Origin: Folioceros fuciformis
Taxonomy: Eukaryota
Length of the DNA: 29,640 bases
NCBI GenBank assembly: GCA_049999805.1
Contig: JBNGIO010004579.1
Location: 62,001 to 91,640, forward strand
Direction: 5' to 3'
Part shown: positions 9,401-18,698 of the stretch, in pieces
How positions within the stretch are numbered: the stretch's first letter is position 1
Layout: every line of letters begins with the position of its first letter
The notes under the pieces: generated by a model
The model's input: the letters and a program-made list of their open reading frames with translations, nothing else
The model's database searches: none
What the model was told of the DNA's origin: nothing
Program-made: the position numbers and the translations under genes

Positions 9401-10115
9401 GTTCGAGGAAGCCAGGGCTGGACAACGCCTTAAGGATGGTAATGAACGTGATTCTGTTTGGAGAGACACCCTCTCTTGCCATATGCTCATACAAGTGGAA
9501 CGCCTTCTCACCCTGTTGATATTTGGCATACCCTGCAATCATGGTATTCCATGATACGACATTCCGGATTGACATGGCATCAAAAACTTTGCGTGCATCT
9601 GCAACACTTCCACATTTGATATACATGTTCAGGAGGGTATTTTGCAGAAACATGCTCATCCCCACCCCGCTCCGAATTATGTGGGCATGGACCTGCTTCC
9701 CCTCCAAGAGGGATTTCGTGTTTACACATCCCCGAAGAAGTGCAGCATAAACTTCAGAGTCTGTTAGCACGCCTCGTCGCTCCCTGTTATCCAAAATATG
9801 TAACGCTTTCCTCAGTGGCCCTGTTTTGCTGATCCTGATCAGCTCCCTGTCCGATCCGACGCTGCTGCTGGCCATCTGACCTGTAGACGCACCTGGCCAG
9901 CTCTCTCTCACGTTTTGTCCCGCTGTTGACGACCCACCTGGAACAGCCATAGTAACTCTTGGCAATCCACGTCTCAGTAGTGGGCATCTGCATCGCCAAG
10001 GATTCTCACCATCCCTACTGGCGCTTCTCACCACCTCCTCCCCTCCAGGCAATCCACAGCGAAGAGAACCATTGACGAGACGAAACTGCGGGTTGGGCTG
10101 TCCCAGAATCTTCAT
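6450..10115 (-). CDS. Long PLS-only PPR protein (about 32 motifs, no E/DYW)
   Basis: Intronless 1221-aa ORF with regular L-S-P triplets from SEVYAALLRGC to PAIAAALIDMYARCG, ending in a partial P motif. No P2-L2-S2, E or DYW. An alternative start lies at 9950 (MAVPGG). Confidence 0.92.
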   Translation of the reverse strand: MKILGQPNPQFRLVNGSLRCGLPGGEEVVRSASRDGENPWRCRCPLLRRGLPRVTMAVPGGSSTAGQNVRESWPGASTGQMASSSVGSDRELIRISKTGPLRKALHILDNRERRGVLTDSEVYAALLRGCVNTKSLLEGKQVHAHIIRSGVGMSMFLQNTLLNMYIKCGSVADARKVFDAMSIRNVVSWNTMIAGYAKYQQGEKAFHLYEHMAREGVSPNRITFITILKALSSPGFLERGCLVHEMVARSELESDMGVANALLEMYVRCENVVLACELFSKLSQPDEVSWNVLIAGYVREGQVGKAVEAIEKMQQAALKPQESTFVNVLCSCTGPSGLEQGMRIHSNLVRCGLHSDIVLSNCLIAMYAKCGSMEDAQRVFNSMMRRDVITWTSLIAGYSRNGQSRKAIEVFWQMELHGVKPTQVTFGTVLKACTDTVALEEGKRIHARLITCGYDTDVQLMSTLVDMYAKCGNMELARQVFDGIADYGLVAWNMMLAGYARHGLIDEAVQLFQRMGSGTVMPNAVTFASVLNSISSSASLEQGMVIHALIIKSERAVDTVLENSLVNMYVICGSLSKAREVFNSIVKKTKVSWSIMIGGYANHGDPDQAFELFNEMKLQGEPPDQATFASILQACRGPAALQQCHLIHAEIESCGLEGLGDCLLDAYIKCGSLQDARRAFDRLRVRSAFSWTALIGEYARRGLCNEAFSLFSSMILECVPPTQVTFVSILSACAGPKDLEEGRQIHKLITETGYGSDVVITSALLAMYARCDGIQKAQELFDNMPVRDVITWNQMILENLRHGNMSKAHQQFGLMESEDVKPDRVTFCTLLTSCSSLAEGKELHSLVRERALLSDMFVANCLLDMYINCESIQDARQVFDEMHEHTVVSWNIMIGGYFKRGEGDKALALFSEMLLKGAKPDKITFLCVLQACANPSALETGRKIHMDICRKGLSSDIMLATAVVDMYSKCGSLLDAREVFENMPKQDVVLWNAIIGGYSRHGEFQEAFNLFNEMLEDGWKPDRWTFVSIFGACTSPAALDNGKRLHILAMDMGFESDVIVASSAIQMYSKCGSIDDARHVFESIHDRDVVLWTTMIGAYAKHGDEQEAFILFWQMDQEITPPDRFLLIGMLHLCANTAAVQQGRRIHANVARRGLQTDPAIAAALIDMYARCGCMDDAREVFNSIPSQDESSWTALVSGYTKLSQPPEIYKFRPRQDTGGA

Positions 10116-10743
10116 AGCAACACCAGGTGACCATCACTGATTCAGGAAAAGACCCAGGGAAGACAGTCCGCGTCGCCTCGCCCAAAGGATGCAGACAGGG
10201 TCAATAGGCGGCTCTAACCTTCAGCTCTTCGTTCTCGCAACAAAGTATAAATTCCCCTTCGTTTAGCCTTTGGTACCCAATATCTCGCCATTTTGTGGTC
10301 TCCCATTTCAGCAAACCTCCTTGGAGGACCATGCAGGCAGCCAAGAGCAGCCTCAGCTGCTGCAATTCTACGAGGGTGAACATGCTTTCAGGCTTGCCCA
10401 AAACATGCATTCCTCCTGCCAAGCTAGCTCTGGGCTTCACCCCTTTCCTCCCCGGGACGCACAAACTCCTCCTTCCCTGCTCTACCTCTTTGTCAGGCAA
10501 GTTCATCTGTAGCCTGAAGATGTCCAGGTTTGGGATGGAAGTTCTGAGATGGAGATCTGCAGACTGAAAGAATCGTCCGCTGTGTTACAGCTGACAGGCC
10601 ACATCATCGAATGCAACCCCAATCACCAAGATGTGTTGTCGGACTTGAGCAACTGTATAGCTCCTGCAACTTATCCCTTCCGCTACCCTTTTGTGGAGCC
10701 GTTCGAGATGGTTTCCAGTCATTCTTCGTACCTATCATTGCAG

Positions 10744-12445
10744 CTATGGTGCTGCTTCCATCCAGGGAACAGGAAGGCCGACTATGGAGGATACGTACAG
10801 TGTTGTTAAGGAACAGAAAGGCCCAGAGCCCCTCTTCTTTGGGGTCTTCGATGGGCACGGTGGGGCTGCCGTTGCTGAGTAAGGAGTCCCTTCTACTCTA
10901 GGATTTTTTTGGTGCCACATTCAAGGAATACGTTGATGACGGGGTATAGTTAAACTATGAACATGCTGTGTAGGATGCTGAAGACTGATTTCTGGCCGGT
11001 GTACAAGAAAAACCTCTCAGGTGGTGGGATCCTTCCTGTGTGCTCGTATTCGTCTGATAAGTTGCTGCAGTCTGTCTGACCGCAAGGTGCAGGCATCGTT
11101 GTATGTTTACACTTTGGTTTGTTTGCTGCAGGACCTGATCTGAGACGGGCCACTGTGGCTTCCTACCTAGAAGTGGACAAGAAAGCTCTGGTTTGCCACT
11201 CATGGCTCCGGTGCAGATCTTAGTGCCTAGCTGGATATCCGTGCCCAGCAGCATTTAGTTGATGAGTCCATGTTTGTGCAGGCTCCTCCTCCTGGTCTGT
11301 TTGGTGCATTACGCGAACGTGGCCTCGGTGGGTCTCGTTGTGGCTCCACAGCCGCGACAGTGGTGTTGCTAAGGGCACAAGGTCTGTACTACGGGAACTC
11401 AATAGCCAATGGGCAACCGATGTGTGCTTTTCGATGAAGGATTCCTTGAAAACAATGCACCATTCACATCAGGTGAGAAAGAGGTTCTCGTTGCTGCAAA
11501 TGTTGGAGATGCACGAGTTGTTCTTGCAAGGGCAGGACAGGCCATTCAACTAACCTTCGATCACAAGGTGAAGATTGTTTGCAGGAAGACGGAAGAGTGT
11601 AGGAGTTTTGATTGCTTTGCCTTTTGGAATCAGTGTTTATTGCGGGCTGGAAGCCTAAATGTTTCAAATTTCTTGGTGCAGCCAGATGTGGAGTCAGAGA
11701 GGAAGAGGATAGAGGCCAAGAATCCTACACCCAAGAAACCTCTCGTACGATCTTGGGAACACTGTTCCAGGATGTTGCAAATGTATGAGGATGTTGTGCG
11801 TGCCTACCTGATACTCGTACCTTTCAGGTGGTAAATGTTGGAGGGACGTGGCGTGTAGGTGGTCTTCTTGCCCTCTCCCGTGCCTTCGGGGACGTCTATC
11901 TGAAAGAGTAGGCACTCAAACCTTGTGCTCCTTGGGTTGGTGCTCCATACGATTTCTGGTACGACTTTGATCCTGATTCCTCGTTTGTGAAGCTGGACTG
12001 ATGGAAAAATGGAAGGTGCGAGCGGAGGTTTCGGCCTGACTGCTGAACCGCATGTGGCGGTGGAAACCCTTTTAGCCGGTACCTGAACTCGCTGAAACCT
12101 CCTCATTGCCAAGCTTAAGAGTACTTCTAGCCCTAACACATCCCTCCTGCTGTTTCCAGAGGACCAGTTCGTCATCCTGGGGACTGATGGCCTCTGGGAG
12201 CATATCAGCAACCAAGAAGTTGTGAACATATGTCTCGGTTCTAGGTGAGTTCCGATGGGACTCTTTGCATTGGCAAAAGTGGAATCAAGCAAGACAACTG
12301 ATGTGCTCACCATCTTGTGTGTTACAATCTCCGATCCAGCCGTTCTCTGACTGAGATCGCCGAGAATTTGGTGGAGCTAGCGCAGCAGCGAGGGACTACA
12401 GATGACATCACGGTTCTCATTGTTCGTTTAAACCAGGAGAGCTAA
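10744..12445 (+). CDS. Protein phosphatase 2C (PPM family), multi-exon; 5' exons unresolved (possibly from ATG 10189)
   Basis: Exons separated by short GT-AG introns encode GRPTMED, FFGVFDGHGG, GSTAATVVL, ANVGDARVVL...LTFDHK, LALSRAFGD, ILGTDGLWE and TTDDITVLIV. Stop TAA at 12443-12445. Confidence 0.92.
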
Positions 12446-12939
12446 TCATCGGGTCCGTAGCGTAGCTTCGTAGGAAGGGCATCCAGCCCTACGTTTGTGC
12501 GTTCGAAGGTCACAATAAACAACCGAAAGTGTAAAGCTCGGGGACGGTAACAGCTCTTGGCACGGATTCACATTTACTTCGTGCTACCGTTGTGGGTAGC
12601 CATGGCGGTTTCGCTCCCTCCAAAACGGAAGGATTCCGAACATGGGGCATTGGATGGAGAAACGTCGCCTTGTCGGGAATTCACTCGAGCCAAACCAAAT
12701 CCGGTAGATCAAAGCAAACTGTCCGTCTCTCAAATCCACGACCTACTAACCTACTACGAGGATGAAGATCCAACGAGATACATCTTATGTCGGTAGACCC
12801 TATCACAAAAATTATGCATTGATAATAATTATAATATGAATCTTACAACATTATGTATTAATGTCATATATATATTGTCGGTACAGATGTCACGAAACTG
12901 AGGACTCCACAAAGTCACAGATTATAGGAAACCCAGGAG

Positions 12940-13225
12940 GGAGGACTCCACGAGAGATGAGGAACCCCAGAATGGACGAGTCCACGAGAGATCAGCAACC
13001 CCAGCGATGGAGGACTCCACGAGAGACCAGCAACCCCAGGAAGGACGACTCCACAAGGGATCAGGAACCCCAGAATGGAGGAGTCCACGAGAGATCAGCG
13101 ACCCCACAATGGCGGGCTCCACGAGAGATGAGCAGCCCCAGAGATGGAGGACTCCACAAGAGATGAGCAACCCCAGAGATGGAGGACTCCACGAGAGATA
13201 AGCAAACCCAGAATGGAGGACTCCA
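12940..13225. repeat. Minisatellite: 8 full copies plus 1 partial copy of a 34-35-bp unit
   Basis: Consensus GGAGGACTCCACGAGAGATSAGCAACCCCAG(A)RAT. Unit lengths are 34,35,34,34,34,35,35,34, directly abutting with no spacers. Confidence 0.95.
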
Positions 13226-13367
13226 AACAAGAGTTCAGCAACTCCAAAATGACAGAAAGACCAGGAACACAAGAAAAATGAAGGACTCCGCAGACGTTCT
13301 GGAATGGTGTATAAGTATGTACGTAGCCTGTAAAGTAAACCACGCACAGCAAACCTTTTTGATGCCC

Positions 13368-15443
13368 TCAAAAGCGTTTCTCGTTGGCGAGGTAAGTATA
13401 AGACTTGAACGTGCGGTTCAAACGACACATAACAGCATCCGAGTCAAGGAGACAAGCCTCGCGACGGCTTTCTTCAACTCGTTTCTGCAGGACCTGCAGC
13501 ATGGAATCAGGGTTGTGCTGCATCAGGCGCACAACGTCGGCTACCGCTTGTCCTGGCATACACTCCTCAATCTCGTAGTTGGTAGAATGACCGGCAGCCT
13601 CCTTCTTGTGCAGCACATGCACTATGTTGGTGTTCCCGAACAGATTGTGCATTCCCCCCAGGATTTCCTGGTAAGCGCCAGCGAGAAACATCCCCATGAT
13701 GTACGCCCGCCCAGGCTGCAAGGCATGCACTTCCAGGTACCTCTTCTGCATGCCTTCTGCTTCCTTCCCAATGAAGGAAGAGACCTTTCCATCACTGTCG
13801 CAGGTGATGTCGCTGAATACAGCCCGACTTGTCGGTTCCTCCTCAAGCCGATGGAGCGGCACTATGGGGAACAGTTGTTCGATGGCCCAGTAATCGGGAA
13901 CGGACTTGAAAAGGGAAAGATTCACATGGTAAGTTGCGTTCACAGGGGAAGAACCTTGCGCGGGGACCATGCTGGACGGATCATACTCGTTGATGAGAGC
14001 GTACGCCTGTGCTGCATACTTTTGCTTGTTATGTTCAGCTTCCATGACAGCACCCACGATCTCCTCGTGAATGGTCTCCACGGCTGCACGAGCCTTAAGA
14101 CTGACCAGGCCGAGGCTAAACAGACGGGCACATTCTGTCCTCATAGCTGCACACCGTTCCAGACCTGTAAAGCAGTCGACGGATAATTTCAGGTCCTCGT
14201 ACATGCGTAGGATCTGCTCGGGCAGAGGCTCTGTACAGGTCATCTCGTCCAGCACATTCCACGCACCGCTTCCTGCAGAACTGTCCGCTGCCCTGGATCC
14301 CTGTACGCCCTTATGATGTGCTGAGAAAACATCGAACACCAGAACAGACTGGTGCGACACGATGCCTCTTCCGCTCTCACAGCAAAGGATGGGGTGCTGG
14401 ACATTCCTCCGGCTGCAAGCTTCTCCAATGGCACCCACCACCTCCTCTGCGTATTGCTCCATGGTGTACCCGATTGACATGTCAGACGAGGAGTCATGAG
14501 ATCCGTCATAATCTACCCCAAGGCCCCCTCCAATGTCTATGATGTTCATATCAGCCCCCATCAGAGCGAGCCCACAGAAGAGGTGAGCTGCTTCGGCAAC
14601 CCCCTCCTGGACAACCTCCAACGATGGGATCTGGGACCCAATGTGAAAGTGAAGAAGTTTCAAGCACTCCAGCATCCCATTTGCCCTTAGCTCCTCCACA
14701 ACTCTCACGATTTGGGGAATCGACAAACCGAACTTCCCGTCGTCGCCAGATGTGCCTCCCCAGTGCCCGCCGTGCTTGGTACTCAGCTTGGCCCGGAGTC
14801 CAATGACGGGCCTGACACCGAGCTCCCGGCTGACTTTGATCACAACTTCCAGCTCTTCTACCTGCTCCAGGACGATGATCGCATTCAGGTTCATGCACCG
14901 AGCTGTGAGCGCCAGAGCCACGTACTCATAATCCTTGTACCCATTGCATATGAGCATGGCTCTAGGGCTTGCCTTGCACATGCACGTCATGACAGTCAGC
15001 AGCTCGGGCTTGGACCCAGCCTCCAACCCGTAGTCGAAATCCTTTCCGAAAGCCACGATGTCTTCCACTATGCGACGGTCCGGATTACACTTCACGGGAA
15101 AAACACCTCGGAACAGCCCCTTATACTGCTGCAATGCGATGCCCCTCTCAAACGCCCTCTGCAACGTCTCCAGTCTGTGTTTCAGGATTTCCGGGAATCT
15201 GATAATAAGGGGCATACTCATCCCCTTCTTCCCGACAGCGTCCTCCACCACATTCATCAGGTCGATGCCTTCTTCAGCCTTGGTTTCCTGTCCGTGCGGA
15301 TGCACGCACATGTGACCCTTGTGATTCACCTTGAAGTACGGTGCCCCCCATCCGTCAACCTTGTAGATGCTGGCAGACTTTTCAACGCTCCAGGGCAGGC
15401 GAAATATTGCAGCGGCTCCGGCATTGGCTCCTTCGTGAGCCAT
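13368..15443 (-). CDS. ADC: Arginine decarboxylase (PLP-dependent), intronless
   Basis: 691 aa with GWGAPYF, GVFPVKCN (PLP lysine), GLEAGSKPEL, CNGYKD, LLHFHIGSQI, DIGGGLGVDYDG, CESGR, DITCDSDG and GAYQEILGGMHNLFG. Confidence 0.97.
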   Translation of the reverse strand: MAHEGANAGAAAIFRLPWSVEKSASIYKVDGWGAPYFKVNHKGHMCVHPHGQETKAEEGIDLMNVVEDAVGKKGMSMPLIIRFPEILKHRLETLQRAFERGIALQQYKGLFRGVFPVKCNPDRRIVEDIVAFGKDFDYGLEAGSKPELLTVMTCMCKASPRAMLICNGYKDYEYVALALTARCMNLNAIIVLEQVEELEVVIKVSRELGVRPVIGLRAKLSTKHGGHWGGTSGDDGKFGLSIPQIVRVVEELRANGMLECLKLLHFHIGSQIPSLEVVQEGVAEAAHLFCGLALMGADMNIIDIGGGLGVDYDGSHDSSSDMSIGYTMEQYAEEVVGAIGEACSRRNVQHPILCCESGRGIVSHQSVLVFDVFSAHHKGVQGSRAADSSAGSGAWNVLDEMTCTEPLPEQILRMYEDLKLSVDCFTGLERCAAMRTECARLFSLGLVSLKARAAVETIHEEIVGAVMEAEHNKQKYAAQAYALINEYDPSSMVPAQGSSPVNATYHVNLSLFKSVPDYWAIEQLFPIVPLHRLEEEPTSRAVFSDITCDSDGKVSSFIGKEAEGMQKRYLEVHALQPGRAYIMGMFLAGAYQEILGGMHNLFGNTNIVHVLHKKEAAGHSTNYEIEECMPGQAVADVVRLMQHNPDSMLQVLQKRVEESRREACLLDSDAVMCRLNRTFKSYTYLANEKRF

Positions 15444-15510
15444 TGGTGCTTTCAGCTGTCACCCACAAATGCACACACACTCGAGATCTTAGTTAACAGT
15501 GGCTTCTGTT

Positions 15511-15534
15511 TCACTTTTCACTGCTGCCACTCAT
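15511..15534 (-). promoter_or_regulatory. Candidate 7-codon upstream ORF (MSGSSEK) of ADC
   Basis: ATG AGT GGC AGC AGT GAA AAG TGA on the - strand ends 67 nt before the ADC ATG. Its inclusion in the mature mRNA is unverified. Confidence 0.4.
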
Positions 15535-16773
15535 GTACTGTCAGTGGAAACGGGATCTTGAAGGAGGACGCCTGGAACCGCGGGCAGAAGCTGTGTGGAA
15601 GTTAGCACTGTTAGCGAATTTCAGAGCCCAAGTGGGTGCAAGCTTCCTCGTTTCTTTTGCAAGTTGCAGACTACTGCGTCTTTGTTCGTCCGCACGAAAG
15701 CAAAGCCAAGCCACCGCTCCCTGAAAACCTAGATGCAACACAGCCCACCACGTTTGTCAGTCACCAGAAAGCTTAAGCTGCAACACAGTAATGTGCGCCT
15801 TTTACAGCAAGGTTAATGAGCTACACAAATAAGAAAACAATGACGGGCCATCAAAACGTTTTCTGCGGGGCAGACCAGCTGGCTCCTTCCTACCAGTCCT
15901 TCAATGCAGCGGATCCGGGTCCAGCTGCGATCGCAAGAATAATATGTAGCAGCTACTTGCAACGCAACAGCGCCGAGGTGAGTGGATGGAAGCTTGCAGG
16001 CAGCTCACAGCTGGCCAGGCCACCTCTGGACGGAAGGAAGGCAGATTGAGAACGCTCACAGCGGTGTGGATTAGAGAGGAGGGAGGCTTGGCGGGGGCGG
16101 TGCAACGGCTCTCAGGGATTGTACGGCAGGGCACGTACACGAACCCAGCACATGTGGAGGAATTCTGGGATATCTTGATATTCTGGACCCGCACTCCTGA
16201 AGGCAGGCTCAACTGATGGGCGGAGGCCACGGTAGGCGGGAAGCTCCTCGAACTTGGAACATAACCTTGATTTGAAACGTCTACACCCACCGAACTTCGA
16301 CACTCTCGAGTCGTGTTTCACAGAGTGATGGCGACAGAGCGAGGGAGTGCCAGCACAAATTATTCCCGCTGCCCCCCCTTAGCCCTACACCTGATTCAGA
16401 AATTAACACCGGCAGCGGCCTTCCATCAAAGCAGTGGCAACTGGGAGGGTCCAGTCTGCAGACCTGTTGATATGCTGCACAAGCTCTAGCTACTCCAACA
16501 TATCACTTCTCCAACATACATCAGACTACCACCAGCCGAAATTTTCATATATTTAGAGTTTCTGGAGTAAATGGAGAGACCTCGACCGCTGTTGCAGCTG
16601 CGTTGCACCCAAACAATTGGGACATCGAATTCGTGGATTCCATGGTCAGGACACGGGGGTGGAAATCTATACAGCTTCCGATTGCCAGCTCTCGGGTACA
16701 CGTCCGGAAGATGGGAGCACACTTTGGTGGAAGTAGTCGATGAGAGTAGCGTTGTCGATGCCATTGGGCAACG

Positions 16774-16930
16774 TTTTTCAAGGGTCGGCTCCTAGGTCAA
16801 GGGGTCGGCTCCTAGGCCAAGTTTCAAAGAATGATGTGCTCCTTTCACGCGGGTGACGTTTTTCAAGGGGTCGGCTGTTAAGGCCAAGTTTCGCCTGTTA
16901 AGGCCAAGTTTCAAAGAATGAATGAATGAA
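16774..16930. repeat. Nested local duplications
   Basis: TCAAGGG(G)TCGGCT x3, AGGCCAAGTTTC x3, GGCCAAGTTTCAAAGAATGA x2, and a short (GAAT)n tail. Confidence 0.75.
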
Positions 16931-16961
16931 TACAGTGTTCTCCTTCCACGCGGGTGGTCGT

Positions 16962-17041
16962 TATAACGACTATTGCCATGTCGCGTGACCCGGAAGAGCC
17001 ATATAACGACTATTGCCATGTCGCGTGACCCGGAAGAGCCA
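16962..17041. repeat. Perfect 40-bp tandem duplication
   Basis: TATAACGACTATTGCCATGTCGCGTGACCCGGAAGAGCCA at 16962-17001 and 17002-17041. Confidence 0.95.
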
Positions 17042-18600
17042 CCGGTTACGAAGTCAAAGACCATCGTTGATGTTGGAAATTTGCTTTCTTGCTGTTGTTT
17101 AACTGCTGTAAACCCTACAACCCAGTTGTTGTTTCCTCATTATGAATACAAGTTTTAATAGAGTATTTATGGCCGTTCATTTTAACATCATAAATTTTAT
17201 CTTTTTTTCTTTGGCACTAGGCCAATAGGGTTCCAAGAAAGGTGTCATTTTGAGTATGTACGGAGCTTGATCCTGGTCCCCATAAGTAGAAAACGAAGTG
17301 CGCCCATAGACCACCGTACTCTTGCAATTAAGTGGGTATTTTTAAGCAAGTTTTTTTAATTGAAAATAAAGTTTTCAAAATGCAGGTACGCTGGTAGACC
17401 AGCACACTCGTTAAGAGACTATTATTTTTAAGAAATAAAAGTCCAAAATTTAATTTCATACATTAGAAAACTCCCATTTCAAAAACTCAACACCAACCAC
17501 TACACCATTCCCCATTTATATACATACTAATGTTATTGATAAGATATATTGATATTAAAAAAATGCATGGGCCTAGAGGAGAGTGGGCCGGTTTATCAAC
17601 GTAATATGATGTCAGTGTGGAGTGGGCCGGTAGACCGACACACACTCTTGAAGAAAATGTTGGAGATCAAGAACCATAGAACATTGACATTATACCTCTA
17701 ATGAAGGTCTACAATGACAGCAACCTAATTCGGAAAAACTTGTAGGTCCTGAAACACGACCAAAAAACACTTCGGCATAAAAATGACGAAGTCTTGTTAG
17801 ACGTTTAGATCAAACTATTCAGTAAAAAATAACATAACTAAACTAATATATATGTCTACACTGTTATGCAACACATTTTTTCTGCACATTTACGCATCAC
17901 TGAAAATAAACGCACATAAATGTGGATACATGACATGAATTTCAAACGTTCAAATCCGGCAAAGCCCGAAATGGCATAATTCGACCGTTTTGATCGGACG
18001 TTATTACATTAATATTGATGTTGTAAGCGGAGATGTGCCCAGACATCTCGAAAACTTGGGGATCCGACTACCAGAAGTGAGGAGGTCCTCGTCTAGGAAT
18101 TTAGAGAGTTTGATTAGAGGAGCACCTACTTCTGGTACCCCCCGCATCCCTGTTCAAACCGTTTCTTTACCTAAGCTAACCTAACTCCTAGATTGGTTAG
18201 CAACTAACTTTAGTTCGCTTAATCCCGCTCAGTGTCTAACCTCTAGGTCTAACCTTGTTTCCTTCATCTAGCTCTAGCGGCTATGTTCTAGCATGCCCTA
18301 CGCGTACTCTGCTGCGGCCATTACTCTTATGTCAATAGCCTCATCTGGACGCAGATCAGGTGTCCAGTCCGTCTCGTTGAGCAGCTCTTCAGCTCATTGG
18401 CTCGTGATGACAGCCGGTTGTAGCAGATGTAACACTACCATTTGTTTACTATGTAGGATCAACATTTAGCTTTTCCAAATGAACTACATATACGAAATGT
18501 TAGCAAGTCCATGACTTCAGTTATACTTCTCTTCATGTAGACGGAATTAACATTCGAGGCCGTCAGCATGCTAGCAAGTCGATGCCCTACTATGTTGTGG

Positions 18601-18646
18601 AGGGTTTAGGGTTTAGCAATTACGGTTTAGAGTTACCCTAAACCCT
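18601..18646. repeat. Inverted pair of plant telomere-type (TTTAGGG) motifs
   Basis: AGGGTTTAGGGT (18601-18612) and its exact reverse complement ACCCTAAACCCT (18635-18646), separated by 22 nt. Confidence 0.8.
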
Positions 18647-18698
18647 TTGGTGTGCAAAAGTGTACCAGGATGCTTTAAACAAGCATTGAGTTCAACTC

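Noticed and set aside
161-10000. Numerous short alternative-frame and antisense ORFs within the PPR genes
   Set aside because: Expected by chance in GC-balanced repetitive coding sequence, with no independent support.
12940-13225. CRISPR-like array
   Set aside because: The units abut with no unique spacers, there are no cas genes, and the context is eukaryotic. It is a minisatellite.
12861-13428. ORFs spanning the minisatellite
   Set aside because: The unit length is not a multiple of three, so the peptides are repeat artefacts.
13179-15605. Long + strand ORFs (335 aa and 297 aa) opposite ADC
   Set aside because: Antisense shadows of a codon-biased gene, with no recognisable domain.
16931-16960. 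TA-CAGTG resembling a Tc1/mariner terminal repeat
   Set aside because: I found no matching inverted copy in the window.
18020-18434. Possible solo LTR (TGT...ACA) with an internal 10-bp inverted repeat
   Set aside because: No target-site duplication or second copy is visible, and the termini match only weakly.
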